Below, one piece after another: positions 26,146 through 36,738 of a DNA stretch of 64,000 nucleotides. The translations under genes and the position numbers were made by a program. Under the pieces are notes generated by a model. It was not told the origin of the DNA, searched no databases, and saw nothing but the letters and a program-made list of their open reading frames with translations. The first letter of the stretch is position 1, and the number at the start of each line of letters is the position of its first letter. The stretch comes from a virus, in the IMG/VR virus record IMGVR_UViG_3300047554_000447, positions 22,349 to 86,348 of that record. One strand, 5' to 3'.

Positions 26146-29100
26146 ATGGCAAAGAAAGCATTTGAAATTCAAAGTAGCGACCTAAAGTTAGGTGGTGTTA
26201 ATCTACAAGCAGGTACAACTGGTGTTGTTATTCCTGGAGTTACACAAGCAACAAACTATCGTGTAGAAGAAGTTAATGACAACGGTGACCAAACTACAAC
26301 ATTTACTAGTGCTCCTATTGTTATTGACTATGTAACATACTTAGATTATGATAACAACGGAACATCAACAGGTAGAGCAGAATATATTGTAGAAGAACTA
26401 GATGACGATGGGTATATTGACGAAATTGAGGTAACTGATCAAGGATCATATACAAGCCAAGAACTCTACAATGAAGGTAATGATTTATATGCCTACACTG
26501 GTTTAGAAAGTAATCCGTTTACATCATTTGTTGGTTCAGATTGGACACAGATTCCTTTCCGTCCTAAGATGCGAGCCGGTGAAGTTGAAAACATTGGCGG
26601 AGGAGGCATTGGTGACCTAAGTATTGGTGACAACGATGAATCTATTCTGTCAGACAATGGCGATACCTTTGTTAACTTTAACGGCTTTGATGGCAAACTT
26701 GTTATTGGAACGAACGCAGATAAAAACCTGATAGTTAGTTTGAATGAAAACAATACATCCAAAGAATGGGAATTTGGCACAGACGGTAGTCTAACATTCC
26801 CAGATGGAACGGTTCAAACAACCGCCTACACTGGACAAACTAGTAGTACAGGTCTGCAATATCGTGGATTCTACGCTAGCCTAAACCAAGTATCTGAACA
26901 GGACGAAGATCCATCTATCAATCAGATTGTGTTAAGTCGCAGTAGCAGTATGGTAGGTAGCAACACCGATACAGATACCGGCAACGAAGGGTTTACTGTT
27001 TCAGGGTTGAGCGGTAGCAACATAGTAGCAACTATTAATCTCTACGGTGCTGACCCAGACAACTATATAGACAGCAGTGACATTGTATCTTTTATCACAG
27101 AATATGTTGACAGAGTTCTGTACAATGGTAATACCGTTCGCACATCAGTGTCCAGCATACAATCAGCGTTTAACAGCAATCAAACAGCACTGATTAACAG
27201 CTTGCCCGACAACACTCTAAAAGAGGAAGTAAACTTTCGCGGTATACAAAGCGTATTTGACACTACCGAATTTACCAACACTGGTTCTGGTACTGGGGCT
27301 GTGTTTTTCTTTGCTGGTGATCCCGAGTATGGTAACACCTTAACTTATGATAATCAACTCCAGAGTAAAATAGTTGTTATTCCAGGATCAGGTTATCAAG
27401 TAAATGATGTAATCACTGTACCGGGCACAACCTTGGGAGGTGCTACACCAAGCGATGATATGAGCATCACGGTATCGGTCATTAACGGATCGGGAGGTAT
27501 TGTAGAATTTACAATATCAGGGCAGATGACTGCTGAAAACTATTCCAACTGCTATGTCAAGCACTATATCGAAGCTGGTGCCGATGACGCCTATGACCAG
27601 GGTAACTTTATTGGCACCAACCTCAATCGTTGTGTGTTTACAGCTAGTTCTACTAATCAAAATGAGCTAGTGGTCAGTAGTGTGGATTCAGGTAGTTTAG
27701 CACCATTCATGGTAATCAACCAGTCCGATGCCCCCGGTGACTGGCCTATGATTCTATGGCAAAAGAGCGGTACCCCTGGCGGAGTGGGAACTTATATCAC
27801 AGGTGGATATGATAGTTTAGAAGCCGGTCAATCATCAAAGACCTATACAGCCTATGGTCTATACTACGGTATCAACGAAGTAGTTTCCGGATCAGACACT
27901 GATTGGGGCACAGATAGTAGCTATGGCAGTATGGTCAACAACTCAGTGGGCATATTCTCTACCGTGGCTGTAAACTGCAATATATCCAGCTTTGTGTATC
28001 GTGGTGAATTTGGTGCGGATGATGATGGTGTTAAAACACTAACATCTCAGCTGGCCCTAGGTGGCGTATCAGATATTGGAGATGGTAGTGTATATCAAGT
28101 AGCTAATGGTAATCTAATAGCCGCCTATAATAATACCCTAACTGACGGTAGACCAACTTGGTTGTCTATCACTCCAAGAAGCCCAGATCGTGAAACACTG
28201 GACACACACTATGGCTTTGACAGTAACGGTATGTGGTTTACAGGTGACAATGAAGATACAGCAGAACAACAGCCAGCATATCCAATACACACCACTGCCA
28301 GTTTCCCAGCAGATGCCAAGACAGTGGTAGAATTTGATATCAGTTTAGTCAGTGGCAACGAAGACTGGGGCGTTTGCGTTTACCCAGCAGATGGCATTCC
28401 AGTTTGGTCTTGGCAACCGCATCCATCAAGAATTGCCGCTACGGTTGACACTGACACTGAGGATGATATTGTAGCACAAGCAGAATTAAACGGCTTAAGT
28501 GATAATGCTTCAGGTGCTTTTGTACTACCTGCGGCGATTGACCGAGCAAGATTTACCTACGATCCTTTAGCAGAATTAACTACATTTGAATTGTTAAACG
28601 CAGATGGGTTGACAACATCTAGATGTCAAGTACCAGGACGCCTTGCTCCAGGTAAGGAATATAAGATCGGTTTTGACGCAGACTGGGACAACGCAGGTGT
28701 TGGAGAGAAGAGTTACTTTACTAACTTGAACATTACTGTAGGTGACACTAGTGTTACTAAGACCACAGAGTTTACTATCTCTGGTGAAGTTAAGTTACCT
28801 AACACCATCAAAGGCTTTGTCAACATGCAGGGTCCTTGGAGTAACAGTGAAAACGACACTGAGTTTCAATGTGTAACCACACACGATGGCTTTGCCTATA
28901 TGGGCGGTGAAACAGATTGGATCGATAATAACAACGGAAGAATAGACAAGTACTCATTGACCACAGGTGAACTAGTATGGTCAAAAATAATAGGTGCTGG
29001 TCGCAATGCTCAATTCAACATCAGTTGGACAGGTGGTGCTTATACTTTAGACAGCGTTTCGTTCAGCGGCGAAGGATATCGTACAGGCGAACTACTATAC

Positions 29101-31638
29101 ATAGCCGGCGACAATTTTACCGGTGGTGACGCTGTAGTAAACCGTGCCACAATCACAGTAACAGAAGCAACAACTGACTCTGGCAACATTGTTTCAGCCA
29201 CTATCGCAGGTACAGCACCTAGTGGTACTGGTACTGTTACAAATATTGGTGAAAATTTTCCAGACGCAATGGGGTTTCCTATTTCGCTAGAGTATGACGC
29301 AGTCAACGACAATCTTGTAGTGTTAAGTTATCAAACAAGTTTGTCAGGTGATGCTACTGATATGTACTTAGATCAAGCCACAGTACTTAGACTAGACCCA
29401 GCAAGTGGAGATGTTGTTGACAATGTAACGCTAACTGACCAGGGAGATATGTACCCTTATGATGTGGCTACACACCCAACAACAGGTGCTGCCGCAGTAG
29501 TTGGAGAAAAATTTAACGAGTACATTCAGTTTGGCACACTAACTATGTTGGCCACAGGCAACGGTTACTTTGACATATTGAAATCTAATCTAGACGAAGA
29601 ACACTGGCCAGGTAATCTAATACCAAGTGAACCTGTGGGCAATTTCTTGATTACTGGAACAGGTATTACTGGAACAGCAAGCATTAGTACAGTTAACTAC
29701 TATCCAGGTATAGCCTGTACACCACGACAAGGATCAGGTGCTGTATTTGATGTCATAGCTAATGATGGTGATCCTGGCATTTATTCTGTTACTGTAACTA
29801 ATGGCGGTTCTAACTATCTTGTTGGACATAAGATTAAGATTTTAGGAAGTCAACTAGGCGGCACAGATGTTACTAACGATTTAATTCTTACAGTGACTGC
29901 GATTAATCCAGCAGTTACAGTAAGTGTAAGTGGAACCGCAGATGGCGGAGCACAAACAACCTATACTGGAGTTAGTGGATCTAACTACCAGGTAGGCAGC
30001 GGATTGGTTTTAGATATTAATGTTGACACAATATCTGGCTCAATAACAACTAATATCATGACTGCGGGTTCCAACTATGTAAGCGGCGATGTGGCTATCA
30101 TTGATGGTGCAACCTATGCCAACGGTGTTACAACAACAGACGATACTGAAGTAACAGTTGTTGGCGTAGGCGGTAGCGGTGATGTAACCAGTGTTGCTAC
30201 AAGTAACACTCCTCCAACTGATGCTGTTAGAATCCGTGTTGACGGCATTGACTTTACCACAGTTGGCGGTTCTTGGTCAATGAAACTGAACCTACAAGGT
30301 GAAGCCTTTGTATGGACCCCAGACTGGAACAAAGCCATTGGCGGCGGCGTCAACGATCTATTCCAAGCAGTTGTTTACAGCAAGAACGGTGATAGTATAT
30401 ACGCTGTAGGTAATGGATATTATGAAGTTGGTTATAGTCAAAGTCTAGTGGTCAAGTTTGCCACTAGCGATGGTACTATTGACTTTAGCAAGTATCTTAA
30501 CAGTGATGAAGTAGATGCCTATGCTACTGGTGTAGCCACAATAGGCACTAGCGACATTGTAGTTTCTGGTTATGAATATGTTGTTAGTCTTTCTAGACCT
30601 CAACAATTTGTTGCTAGAATGACTTCAAGCGGCACAGTTGTTTGGAAGAAATTCTACGGTGACGGTAACTGGGGAAATTGGCTGGACGACAACTGTGATG
30701 TACAAGTAGACAGTGACGACAATATCTATGTCACACTTGATTTAGGCGATGACAATCCTAATTGGTCTAATACTGGATTTACTGTGACTAAACTAGATTC
30801 AAATGGTAATCTAATATGGAGTAGATGTCTAAGCGGTAACGACAGTTCCTACCTAGGCAACACCAACGGCAATCGCTGGAGCAGTATCCACGGTGATCAG
30901 TTAATAGTAGCGGGTTACACCAATGAAACAGACGATAACTACCACAACGGCTTATGGGCCAGTTTCCCCACAGACGGATTTGCCTACTTAGGTGGAGAAG
31001 GTGAGTTTGTTCAAATGGGAGCATTCCGTTTCAGCCAGGGTAGAATAAAAGACGGAGAATTAACTACATTCACAGGCGGCAGTTTTACCGCGTCGGAACA
31101 GCCGCAAAACATCACAGCCGTTGCTGACCTTAGAGGATATGCTACTAGAGATCCTCAGGATTCGTTACCACAACATCTACACAAGATGGTAGATCTTAAC
31201 CACGGTGGACTAGTGTTTGGTGATGGTACTAAACAGATCACTGCCGCAGATCAAGTTCCGCAGATTAGAGCAGACAATGACTATTATATTACTGTCAACG
31301 ACAGTGGCAAGCACATCTACTTTAGAAACAACGGCGGCACTGTTTATATCCCAGGATGGTGGTCTAAGAGTTTACCTGTAGGATTTACATTTACTATTGT
31401 TAACCGTGCAGGCGAGGATTGTTATGTAAGTTTAGAAGATGGCGGACCTATTACAACAGGTACAATCCTTGGTGCTGGTAGAAATCTAGAATATCCATCG
31501 TGGGGTATTCCAGACAGCGGTACGGGCAGTATGGTAACACTGATCAAAATAGAAGATGGACACAACTATGATAATGGTAGCCAAGACGGACAAGTTTGGA
31601 TGATCAGTGGTCCTAGCGACACTTACATCAACGACTAA
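26146..31638 (+). CDS. large fibre/adhesin-like structural protein with C-terminal beta-propeller-like repeats
   Basis: 1830 aa, GS.Y..GD...I.G..LGG repeats, VDSDDNIYV / K.DSNGNL.W propeller repeats. Confidence 0.75.
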   Translation: MAKKAFEIQSSDLKLGGVNLQAGTTGVVIPGVTQATNYRVEEVNDNGDQTTTFTSAPIVIDYVTYLDYDNNGTSTGRAEYIVEELDDDGYIDEIEVTDQGSYTSQELYNEGNDLYAYTGLESNPFTSFVGSDWTQIPFRPKMRAGEVENIGGGGIGDLSIGDNDESILSDNGDTFVNFNGFDGKLVIGTNADKNLIVSLNENNTSKEWEFGTDGSLTFPDGTVQTTAYTGQTSSTGLQYRGFYASLNQVSEQDEDPSINQIVLSRSSSMVGSNTDTDTGNEGFTVSGLSGSNIVATINLYGADPDNYIDSSDIVSFITEYVDRVLYNGNTVRTSVSSIQSAFNSNQTALINSLPDNTLKEEVNFRGIQSVFDTTEFTNTGSGTGAVFFFAGDPEYGNTLTYDNQLQSKIVVIPGSGYQVNDVITVPGTTLGGATPSDDMSITVSVINGSGGIVEFTISGQMTAENYSNCYVKHYIEAGADDAYDQGNFIGTNLNRCVFTASSTNQNELVVSSVDSGSLAPFMVINQSDAPGDWPMILWQKSGTPGGVGTYITGGYDSLEAGQSSKTYTAYGLYYGINEVVSGSDTDWGTDSSYGSMVNNSVGIFSTVAVNCNISSFVYRGEFGADDDGVKTLTSQLALGGVSDIGDGSVYQVANGNLIAAYNNTLTDGRPTWLSITPRSPDRETLDTHYGFDSNGMWFTGDNEDTAEQQPAYPIHTTASFPADAKTVVEFDISLVSGNEDWGVCVYPADGIPVWSWQPHPSRIAATVDTDTEDDIVAQAELNGLSDNASGAFVLPAAIDRARFTYDPLAELTTFELLNADGLTTSRCQVPGRLAPGKEYKIGFDADWDNAGVGEKSYFTNLNITVGDTSVTKTTEFTISGEVKLPNTIKGFVNMQGPWSNSENDTEFQCVTTHDGFAYMGGETDWIDNNNGRIDKYSLTTGELVWSKIIGAGRNAQFNISWTGGAYTLDSVSFSGEGYRTGELLYIAGDNFTGGDAVVNRATITVTEATTDSGNIVSATIAGTAPSGTGTVTNIGENFPDAMGFPISLEYDAVNDNLVVLSYQTSLSGDATDMYLDQATVLRLDPASGDVVDNVTLTDQGDMYPYDVATHPTTGAAAVVGEKFNEYIQFGTLTMLATGNGYFDILKSNLDEEHWPGNLIPSEPVGNFLITGTGITGTASISTVNYYPGIACTPRQGSGAVFDVIANDGDPGIYSVTVTNGGSNYLVGHKIKILGSQLGGTDVTNDLILTVTAINPAVTVSVSGTADGGAQTTYTGVSGSNYQVGSGLVLDINVDTISGSITTNIMTAGSNYVSGDVAIIDGATYANGVTTTDDTEVTVVGVGGSGDVTSVATSNTPPTDAVRIRVDGIDFTTVGGSWSMKLNLQGEAFVWTPDWNKAIGGGVNDLFQAVVYSKNGDSIYAVGNGYYEVGYSQSLVVKFATSDGTIDFSKYLNSDEVDAYATGVATIGTSDIVVSGYEYVVSLSRPQQFVARMTSSGTVVWKKFYGDGNWGNWLDDNCDVQVDSDDNIYVTLDLGDDNPNWSNTGFTVTKLDSNGNLIWSRCLSGNDSSYLGNTNGNRWSSIHGDQLIVAGYTNETDDNYHNGLWASFPTDGFAYLGGEGEFVQMGAFRFSQGRIKDGELTTFTGGSFTASEQPQNITAVADLRGYATRDPQDSLPQHLHKMVDLNHGGLVFGDGTKQITAADQVPQIRADNDYYITVNDSGKHIYFRNNGGTVYIPGWWSKSLPVGFTFTIVNRAGEDCYVSLEDGGPITTGTILGAGRNLEYPSWGIPDSGTGSMVTLIKIEDGHNYDNGSQDGQVWMISGPSDTYIND

Positions 31639-31647
31639 GGAACTAGG

Positions 31648-32319
31648 ATGAGTATTATACAAACATTGATGACGTCTACATTGGGAGGGCCTGTAGCAGA
31701 CGGAGCAGTTGGAGATTACGTCTGGGACATTACAAACGAATCTTATACCAGACCAAGCGGTGGTACTGATCCAGTATTGACATCACTGCTGATGCCAAAT
31801 AATTCAACTAAAAATGTACACGTCTTTAGTGGAACTAACTATATTTCAACACAAGGGCACGGTATTGCTTCGTTTTATTTTAACATATGGTTTTATCCTA
31901 CCGGCAACCATGTGGGACTAATGACTGAACAAGGCGGTCCTGTTGAAAATACTGTTTACTTTTACAATGCTCTTGAAATAGGTCTATCAGGAAATATCAA
32001 CGCAGGAGTATGGAATGGAGGAAATATCACCTACGTTACTACTACAGAGTCTGTTACACTAAACGCATGGAATCATTTGTATTTTTATTACAACAACGGT
32101 GCTACTGAGATAGGTGTTGCATTAAATGGTAATCCCCCTCACTTAACCAATGTAACTCGACAAGCCCCGACTACTTCCTACTTCTTATTTGGTGCTCAAT
32201 GCTCAACCTATATGACAAGTAATGTTAGGTTTGCTGGAAAACTAGGAGATGTTACGGGCAGTTCCTATATTCCAGGATCTACTTACAACGACACTAAGAC
32301 TGTTTACGGACTAACTTAA
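31648..32319 (+). CDS. LamG/concanavalin A-like lectin domain protein
   Basis: FSGTNY, WFYP, LNAWNHL, F.G.L motifs. Confidence 0.7.
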   Translation: MSIIQTLMTSTLGGPVADGAVGDYVWDITNESYTRPSGGTDPVLTSLLMPNNSTKNVHVFSGTNYISTQGHGIASFYFNIWFYPTGNHVGLMTEQGGPVENTVYFYNALEIGLSGNINAGVWNGGNITYVTTTESVTLNAWNHLYFYYNNGATEIGVALNGNPPHLTNVTRQAPTTSYFLFGAQCSTYMTSNVRFAGKLGDVTGSSYIPGSTYNDTKTVYGLT

Positions 32320-32906
32320 CGAATACCCTGTTCTTTGAGTTTACGACAAGTATCGCATCTTCCGCAAGGTGCGATATTTTTTTCTGTGTAGATTGGACGA
32401 CGGCAGGACCAAAACATATTCTTCAATGTGTCTGGTAGGCTGTCATAAATCTCACGCTTGGTCATATCCAGTACAGGATAGATTTTACTTACAGGTGTGA
32501 ACGCGGCCAGTATTTTGTCAGCACGTTTACGGCGTTCTTCAAGTGCGTGATTACCATCGTTGGCCTGCATACCCATGGCAACTTTTACTATGTTAGGATT
32601 TGCTGAACAGATGTAACCAGCAAAGAAGTTCATAGTATCACTGTCGTATAAAAAGTTAAGTCCATAAGGTTGTGTACCTATTTCGCTTTCACTGTAGTCA
32701 AACTTAAACCCTAGGCGTTTAAGTTCTTTTAGAACCATAGGAACTACAATGCCTTCAGCACGATCTCTAAGTTCTATATTCTTGTTATGTACGTGATGTA
32801 TATGGACAGCATAGTCTTTATATTCATCTTCGGTGAGTAACTTGTATATCATACCCAGGCTGTCTAAGCCGCCTGAGTACATGGCTAGGATTGTAGGTTG
32901 TTCCAT
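32316..32906 (-). CDS. QueC-like PP-loop adenine nucleotide alpha-hydrolase
   Basis: YSGGLDS PP-loop, TK.EI, SC...PCGRCDTC Zn site. Confidence 0.75.
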   Translation of the reverse strand: MEQPTILAMYSGGLDSLGMIYKLLTEDEYKDYAVHIHHVHNKNIELRDRAEGIVVPMVLKELKRLGFKFDYSESEIGTQPYGLNFLYDSDTMNFFAGYICSANPNIVKVAMGMQANDGNHALEERRKRADKILAAFTPVSKIYPVLDMTKREIYDSLPDTLKNMFWSCRRPIYTEKNIAPCGRCDTCRKLKEQGIR

Positions 32907-33340
32907 ATGTAAAATGTGTAAACTTCGTTAATAGGGTGTTCTTTTGGCTCGGGTGTTAGATCATTAGCACGGGGGAAGTAACAGGCATACTTTGTGGGCC
33001 AGTTAGGATTTAAGAACGCACGGGCTACAAACCTATCACAGTTAGGTAGCACAACTTCTAGCAATCTTTTACAGTAATCTTCACCAAATGCTAGAGCACC
33101 ATCTACTATAATTGTGTCCCAGTGTTCATCTAATGTAAACCAATCACGGTTCTTAATTTTGGGATTATTGTACTTGGGTTCTAAATCCCAAGCTTCATCT
33201 GCTAATGGCAGAAGTAACTGTGTGCTACCTAATAGTAGAACACTTCCAGTACAGTAGTGTTCAAATACTGAATAATCGTTGTTATTAGGGGCCGCAGGCC
33301 ACTTTAGTGTGGTCCAATAAGGATCTGTATGCACATTCAT
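32885..33340 (-). CDS. degenerate SAM-methyltransferase-like protein
   Basis: VLLLGST, WD, RDWF, WDTIIVDG Rossmann-like pattern; leaderless late box. Confidence 0.45.
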   Translation of the reverse strand: MNVHTDPYWTTLKWPAAPNNNDYSVFEHYCTGSVLLLGSTQLLLPLADEAWDLEPKYNNPKIKNRDWFTLDEHWDTIIVDGALAFGEDYCKRLLEVVLPNCDRFVARAFLNPNWPTKYACYFPRANDLTPEPKEHPINEVYTFYIWNNLQS

Positions 33341-33345
33341 ACGGA

Positions 33346-33363
33346 TATTTATAGGGTTAAATA
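33346..33363. promoter_or_regulatory. back-to-back late promoters in a 27-bp divergent gap
   Basis: TAAATA minus 33346-33351 (5 nt to ATG), TAAATA plus 33358-33363 (4 nt to ATG). Confidence 0.7.
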
Positions 33364-33367
33364 CTAG

Positions 33368-34075
33368 ATGATAATATTTTTAATGACACTAGTGCTCACG
33401 CACATTACCATTGCCTGTGTTACACTTTATCTGCATCGCAGTCAAGCACACAGAGCAGTAGAATTTAATCCAGTAGTTGCACACTTTATGCGTTTTTGGC
33501 TGTGGCTAACTACAGGAATGGTTACAAAACAATGGGTTGCCATACACCGCAAACACCATAGATTTACAGATCAAGAGGGAGATCCGCACAGTCCCTTAGT
33601 CTATGGCATCAAGCGTGTGTTCTTCAAAGGTGCCGGACTTTATCATTCCGCTAGTAAAGATCGCGAAATGGTGGAACAGTACGGTATAGGCACACCTAGT
33701 GACTGGATTGAACGGAATTTGTACAGCTCACATAGCCGCCTCGGTATTCTTCTAATGCTGATCATAGATCTACTGTTCTTTGGACCGTGGGGCTTAATAG
33801 TGTGGGCTGTACAAATGCTATGGATTCCGTTTTGGGCGGCTGGAGTAGTAAACGGTATCGGACATTGGTGGGGATATCGCAACGGTGAAACTAAAGATGC
33901 TAGCCGTAACATCAGTCCTTGGGGCATTATTATTGGTGGTGAAGAATTGCACAACAATCATCATCTTGCACCAGCTAGTGCTAAACTAAGTGCAAAACCC
34001 TGGGAATTTGATCTAGGATGGTTTTATATACGCACTTTAAGCCTGCTAGGTTTAGCAAAAGTGCGAACCAGCTAA
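33368..34075 (+). CDS. desA: delta-9-type membrane fatty acid desaturase
   Basis: His boxes HRSQAH, HRKHH, HNNHH; WE.D.GW. Confidence 0.9.
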   Translation: MIIFLMTLVLTHITIACVTLYLHRSQAHRAVEFNPVVAHFMRFWLWLTTGMVTKQWVAIHRKHHRFTDQEGDPHSPLVYGIKRVFFKGAGLYHSASKDREMVEQYGIGTPSDWIERNLYSSHSRLGILLMLIIDLLFFGPWGLIVWAVQMLWIPFWAAGVVNGIGHWWGYRNGETKDASRNISPWGIIIGGEELHNNHHLAPASAKLSAKPWEFDLGWFYIRTLSLLGLAKVRTS

Positions 34076-34098
34076 ATATACTATAATGAGAGCGAGAT

Positions 34099-34677
34099 AT
34101 GGCATTACAGACTGTTAATCTAGGAACATACGCTAACGACGGCACAGGTGACGATCTTCGCACGGCGTTTGAGAAAGTTAATTCTAATTTATCTGAACTT
34201 TTTGGTTCTTTGTATGGAGCTAACGTTGGTTCTACTCCACCAACTTCGGGCGTAGAAGAAGGCGAACTATGGTGGAACACAGTCGACGGGCGATTATACA
34301 TACGTTACGGATCTGTATGGGTTGAAGCAAGCCCACGAGAAATACCCCCAGCATCTATTAACAATCTAGTCGAGGATACTAGTCCTGAACTAGGAGGAAA
34401 TTTAAACCTTAACGGGTTTAATATACAAGGAACTGGTTCTATCATTGGCGAGTTAACAGGTAATGCATCTACTGCATCTGCATGGGTAACTCCAAGAACA
34501 TTAACTCTAGCTGGGGACGTCACTGGTTCAGCTACAGTCGACGGAAGTCAAAATATCACATTAAATGCTACTGTAGTAGGTGGCACGGGCGGCGGAACTA
34601 TTGAACTAGGTGGAGACCTAGACTTTGGTACATTTACCGAGCCTTTAGAATTTGCGCTAGATGCAGGAACATTTTAA
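34099..34677 (+). CDS. short fibre/baseplate adaptor protein
   Basis: ANDGTGDDLRTAF.KVN N-terminus, DTSPELGGNLNLNG, TPRTLTLAGDVTGS; late box 34073-34078. Confidence 0.75.
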   Translation: MALQTVNLGTYANDGTGDDLRTAFEKVNSNLSELFGSLYGANVGSTPPTSGVEEGELWWNTVDGRLYIRYGSVWVEASPREIPPASINNLVEDTSPELGGNLNLNGFNIQGTGSIIGELTGNASTASAWVTPRTLTLAGDVTGSATVDGSQNITLNATVVGGTGGGTIELGGDLDFGTFTEPLEFALDAGTF

Positions 34678-34694
34678 GGATTTAGGAGAACACA

Positions 34695-36734
34695 ATGGCT
34701 TTAAAAATTAGAAGAGGCCTTGAATCAGACAGATTAGGTTTTACACCTGCAGAAGGTGAGCTTCTCTATACTACTGATCAGAAAAGACTGTACGTCGGCG
34801 ACGGTACCACTGCTGGCGGAACACTAGTCACAGGTAGTGGCGGAAGTGGTTACATCAACACCGGAACTGCGGAACAATTAGCATTTTATCCTGTCAACGG
34901 TGCAGAAATTGATAGCGTAAGTGCAGTGACCTGGGATGGTGACGTACTTGATGTCGATTCTCCGTTAACTGTTTCAGCTCTTGGTGCTGAAAAGTTAAGA
35001 ATGTATGCTTATACCACAGATGCATTCATCGAAACTGCTACAGATATTGATTTAAGAATTAAATCAAGAGTCATCGATTTCGGTGACGAATCAGATAATA
35101 CCAGTAACAGGATCAGAATCCTAAACGGTGCCTCCGGCGTTAGTCTAGCTTTTTTAAAGTCATCAGTTACTAGTGCAGAAACTCCAAGTTTACTCACTCT
35201 TAATAGATCAAGAGGAACGCTGAGCGCACCACTAACTGTTGCCAACGGCGACAAACTATTTGATCTAAGATACACAGCTTTTGACGGTACAGATGATGTA
35301 GCTGTTAGTGCTGTACGAACTGAAGTGTCCGGAACAGTATCAACTGGTAAAGTACCAGGCAGATTGAGATTCTTAACTGCTAATGCAACCACTGGTGCGT
35401 TAACTACAGCATTTGTTGTTGAATCAGATCAGACTGTTAAGTTTACGCAGGGTGTTATATTCGACGCCGCACCTTCTGGTCTAGTGTTTACCAACACTGA
35501 CGAGACACATAATCATTATTCTAGTAACTCATCTAGCCGCAACTTTACCTTTGCTAAACACAGAGGAAGTTCTAGCGCACCAACTACTGTTCAAAATAAC
35601 GATACACTCTATACTGTTAGATTCCAGGGCTATGACGGAACAGCCTTGCAGACTGCCGCGTTTATTAGAGGCGAAGTCAACGGTGCGCCAGGTACTGGTC
35701 GAGTCCCGGGAAGAATAAGATTCTCTACTACAGACATAAACGGTGTTACTGCGACTGCTATGGTTATTAATAATCAGCAGGATGTTTACATTACAAATAA
35801 TGCTGTAGTTGGTGGTAACATTGATAACGGTCAAATTAGACTTAGCGGTAATTACATATCAACTTATGTGTCAAATGCTAACTTAGAATTAAGAGCTAAC
35901 GGTTCTGGAAAGGTTATCATTGAAGGACTACAATATCCAAACACAGACGGAACCAATGGTCAAGTTCTTACCACTAACGGTGCTGGACTTTTATCGTGGA
36001 CTAGTGTAAGTGGATCTGGAACTGGGTCGGTTACATTTACCGGATCAAATATTGATACTACAGATTCTTCAGGTATTAGCTTTACACCGGCAGTAGTTTT
36101 TAATTCCGATGTTCTAGTCGATAATGATCTTAGAGTTTCTAATACAGTATATGCAGAAGAATTCGTTAGCACATCTGTTGGTACTCCAGAAATTACATCA
36201 GCTACTACTATCGATCTAAATGCAGGTGTTGCTGTAAGAATTACTGGTGGAACCTTAAGACTTAAGAGCTACAGTAGCACAGAAAGAAATGCGCTGGTTG
36301 CCGCAAACGGTGATGCAATCTATAACAGCACAACAAATGCAGTTGAATTTTATCAAAACGGTGTATGGGGCGGACCGACTGCTTCATTAAGTGGAACCAT
36401 TGTTATCACCGACGGTGGTGGTATTACTCTTGACGGTACTGGACCACATTTAATCGGTGCTCTAGATGATTTAGAAATTTCATCAGGAACAAGTATTAGT
36501 TTAGTTTCTCTAGGTGTTATGAGTTTATCATCAGTCGGACCAATCGATATTGATTCCGGCACTGGCAGCAATCCTATCACTATTAAGAGTGGACCACTAA
36601 TTTTAGAAACATCTCTTCCTCCTGCAACAGCAAGTTCAACCGGAGTTCGAGGAACTATTGCATGGGATGCGGACTATGTCTATGTCTGTACTGCAACCAA
36701 TACATGGAAACGTTCAGCACTAACAACTTGGTAA
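34695..36734 (+). CDS. tail fibre with Mtd_N-like N-terminal domain
   Basis: IRRG..TPAEGELLYTTD.KRLYVGDG.TAGG; C-terminal G..G.IAWD..Y.YVC.ATNTWKR. Confidence 0.8.
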   Translation: MALKIRRGLESDRLGFTPAEGELLYTTDQKRLYVGDGTTAGGTLVTGSGGSGYINTGTAEQLAFYPVNGAEIDSVSAVTWDGDVLDVDSPLTVSALGAEKLRMYAYTTDAFIETATDIDLRIKSRVIDFGDESDNTSNRIRILNGASGVSLAFLKSSVTSAETPSLLTLNRSRGTLSAPLTVANGDKLFDLRYTAFDGTDDVAVSAVRTEVSGTVSTGKVPGRLRFLTANATTGALTTAFVVESDQTVKFTQGVIFDAAPSGLVFTNTDETHNHYSSNSSSRNFTFAKHRGSSSAPTTVQNNDTLYTVRFQGYDGTALQTAAFIRGEVNGAPGTGRVPGRIRFSTTDINGVTATAMVINNQQDVYITNNAVVGGNIDNGQIRLSGNYISTYVSNANLELRANGSGKVIIEGLQYPNTDGTNGQVLTTNGAGLLSWTSVSGSGTGSVTFTGSNIDTTDSSGISFTPAVVFNSDVLVDNDLRVSNTVYAEEFVSTSVGTPEITSATTIDLNAGVAVRITGGTLRLKSYSSTERNALVAANGDAIYNSTTNAVEFYQNGVWGGPTASLSGTIVITDGGGITLDGTGPHLIGALDDLEISSGTSISLVSLGVMSLSSVGPIDIDSGTGSNPITIKSGPLILETSLPPATASSTGVRGTIAWDADYVYVCTATNTWKRSALTTW

Positions 36735-36738
36735 TATT

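Noticed and set aside
34695-36734. Diversity-generating retroelement suggested by the Mtd_N-like domain
   Set aside because: No reverse transcriptase, no TR/VR pair differing at adenines and no C-terminal CLec domain are visible; the internal duplication is old and protein-level.
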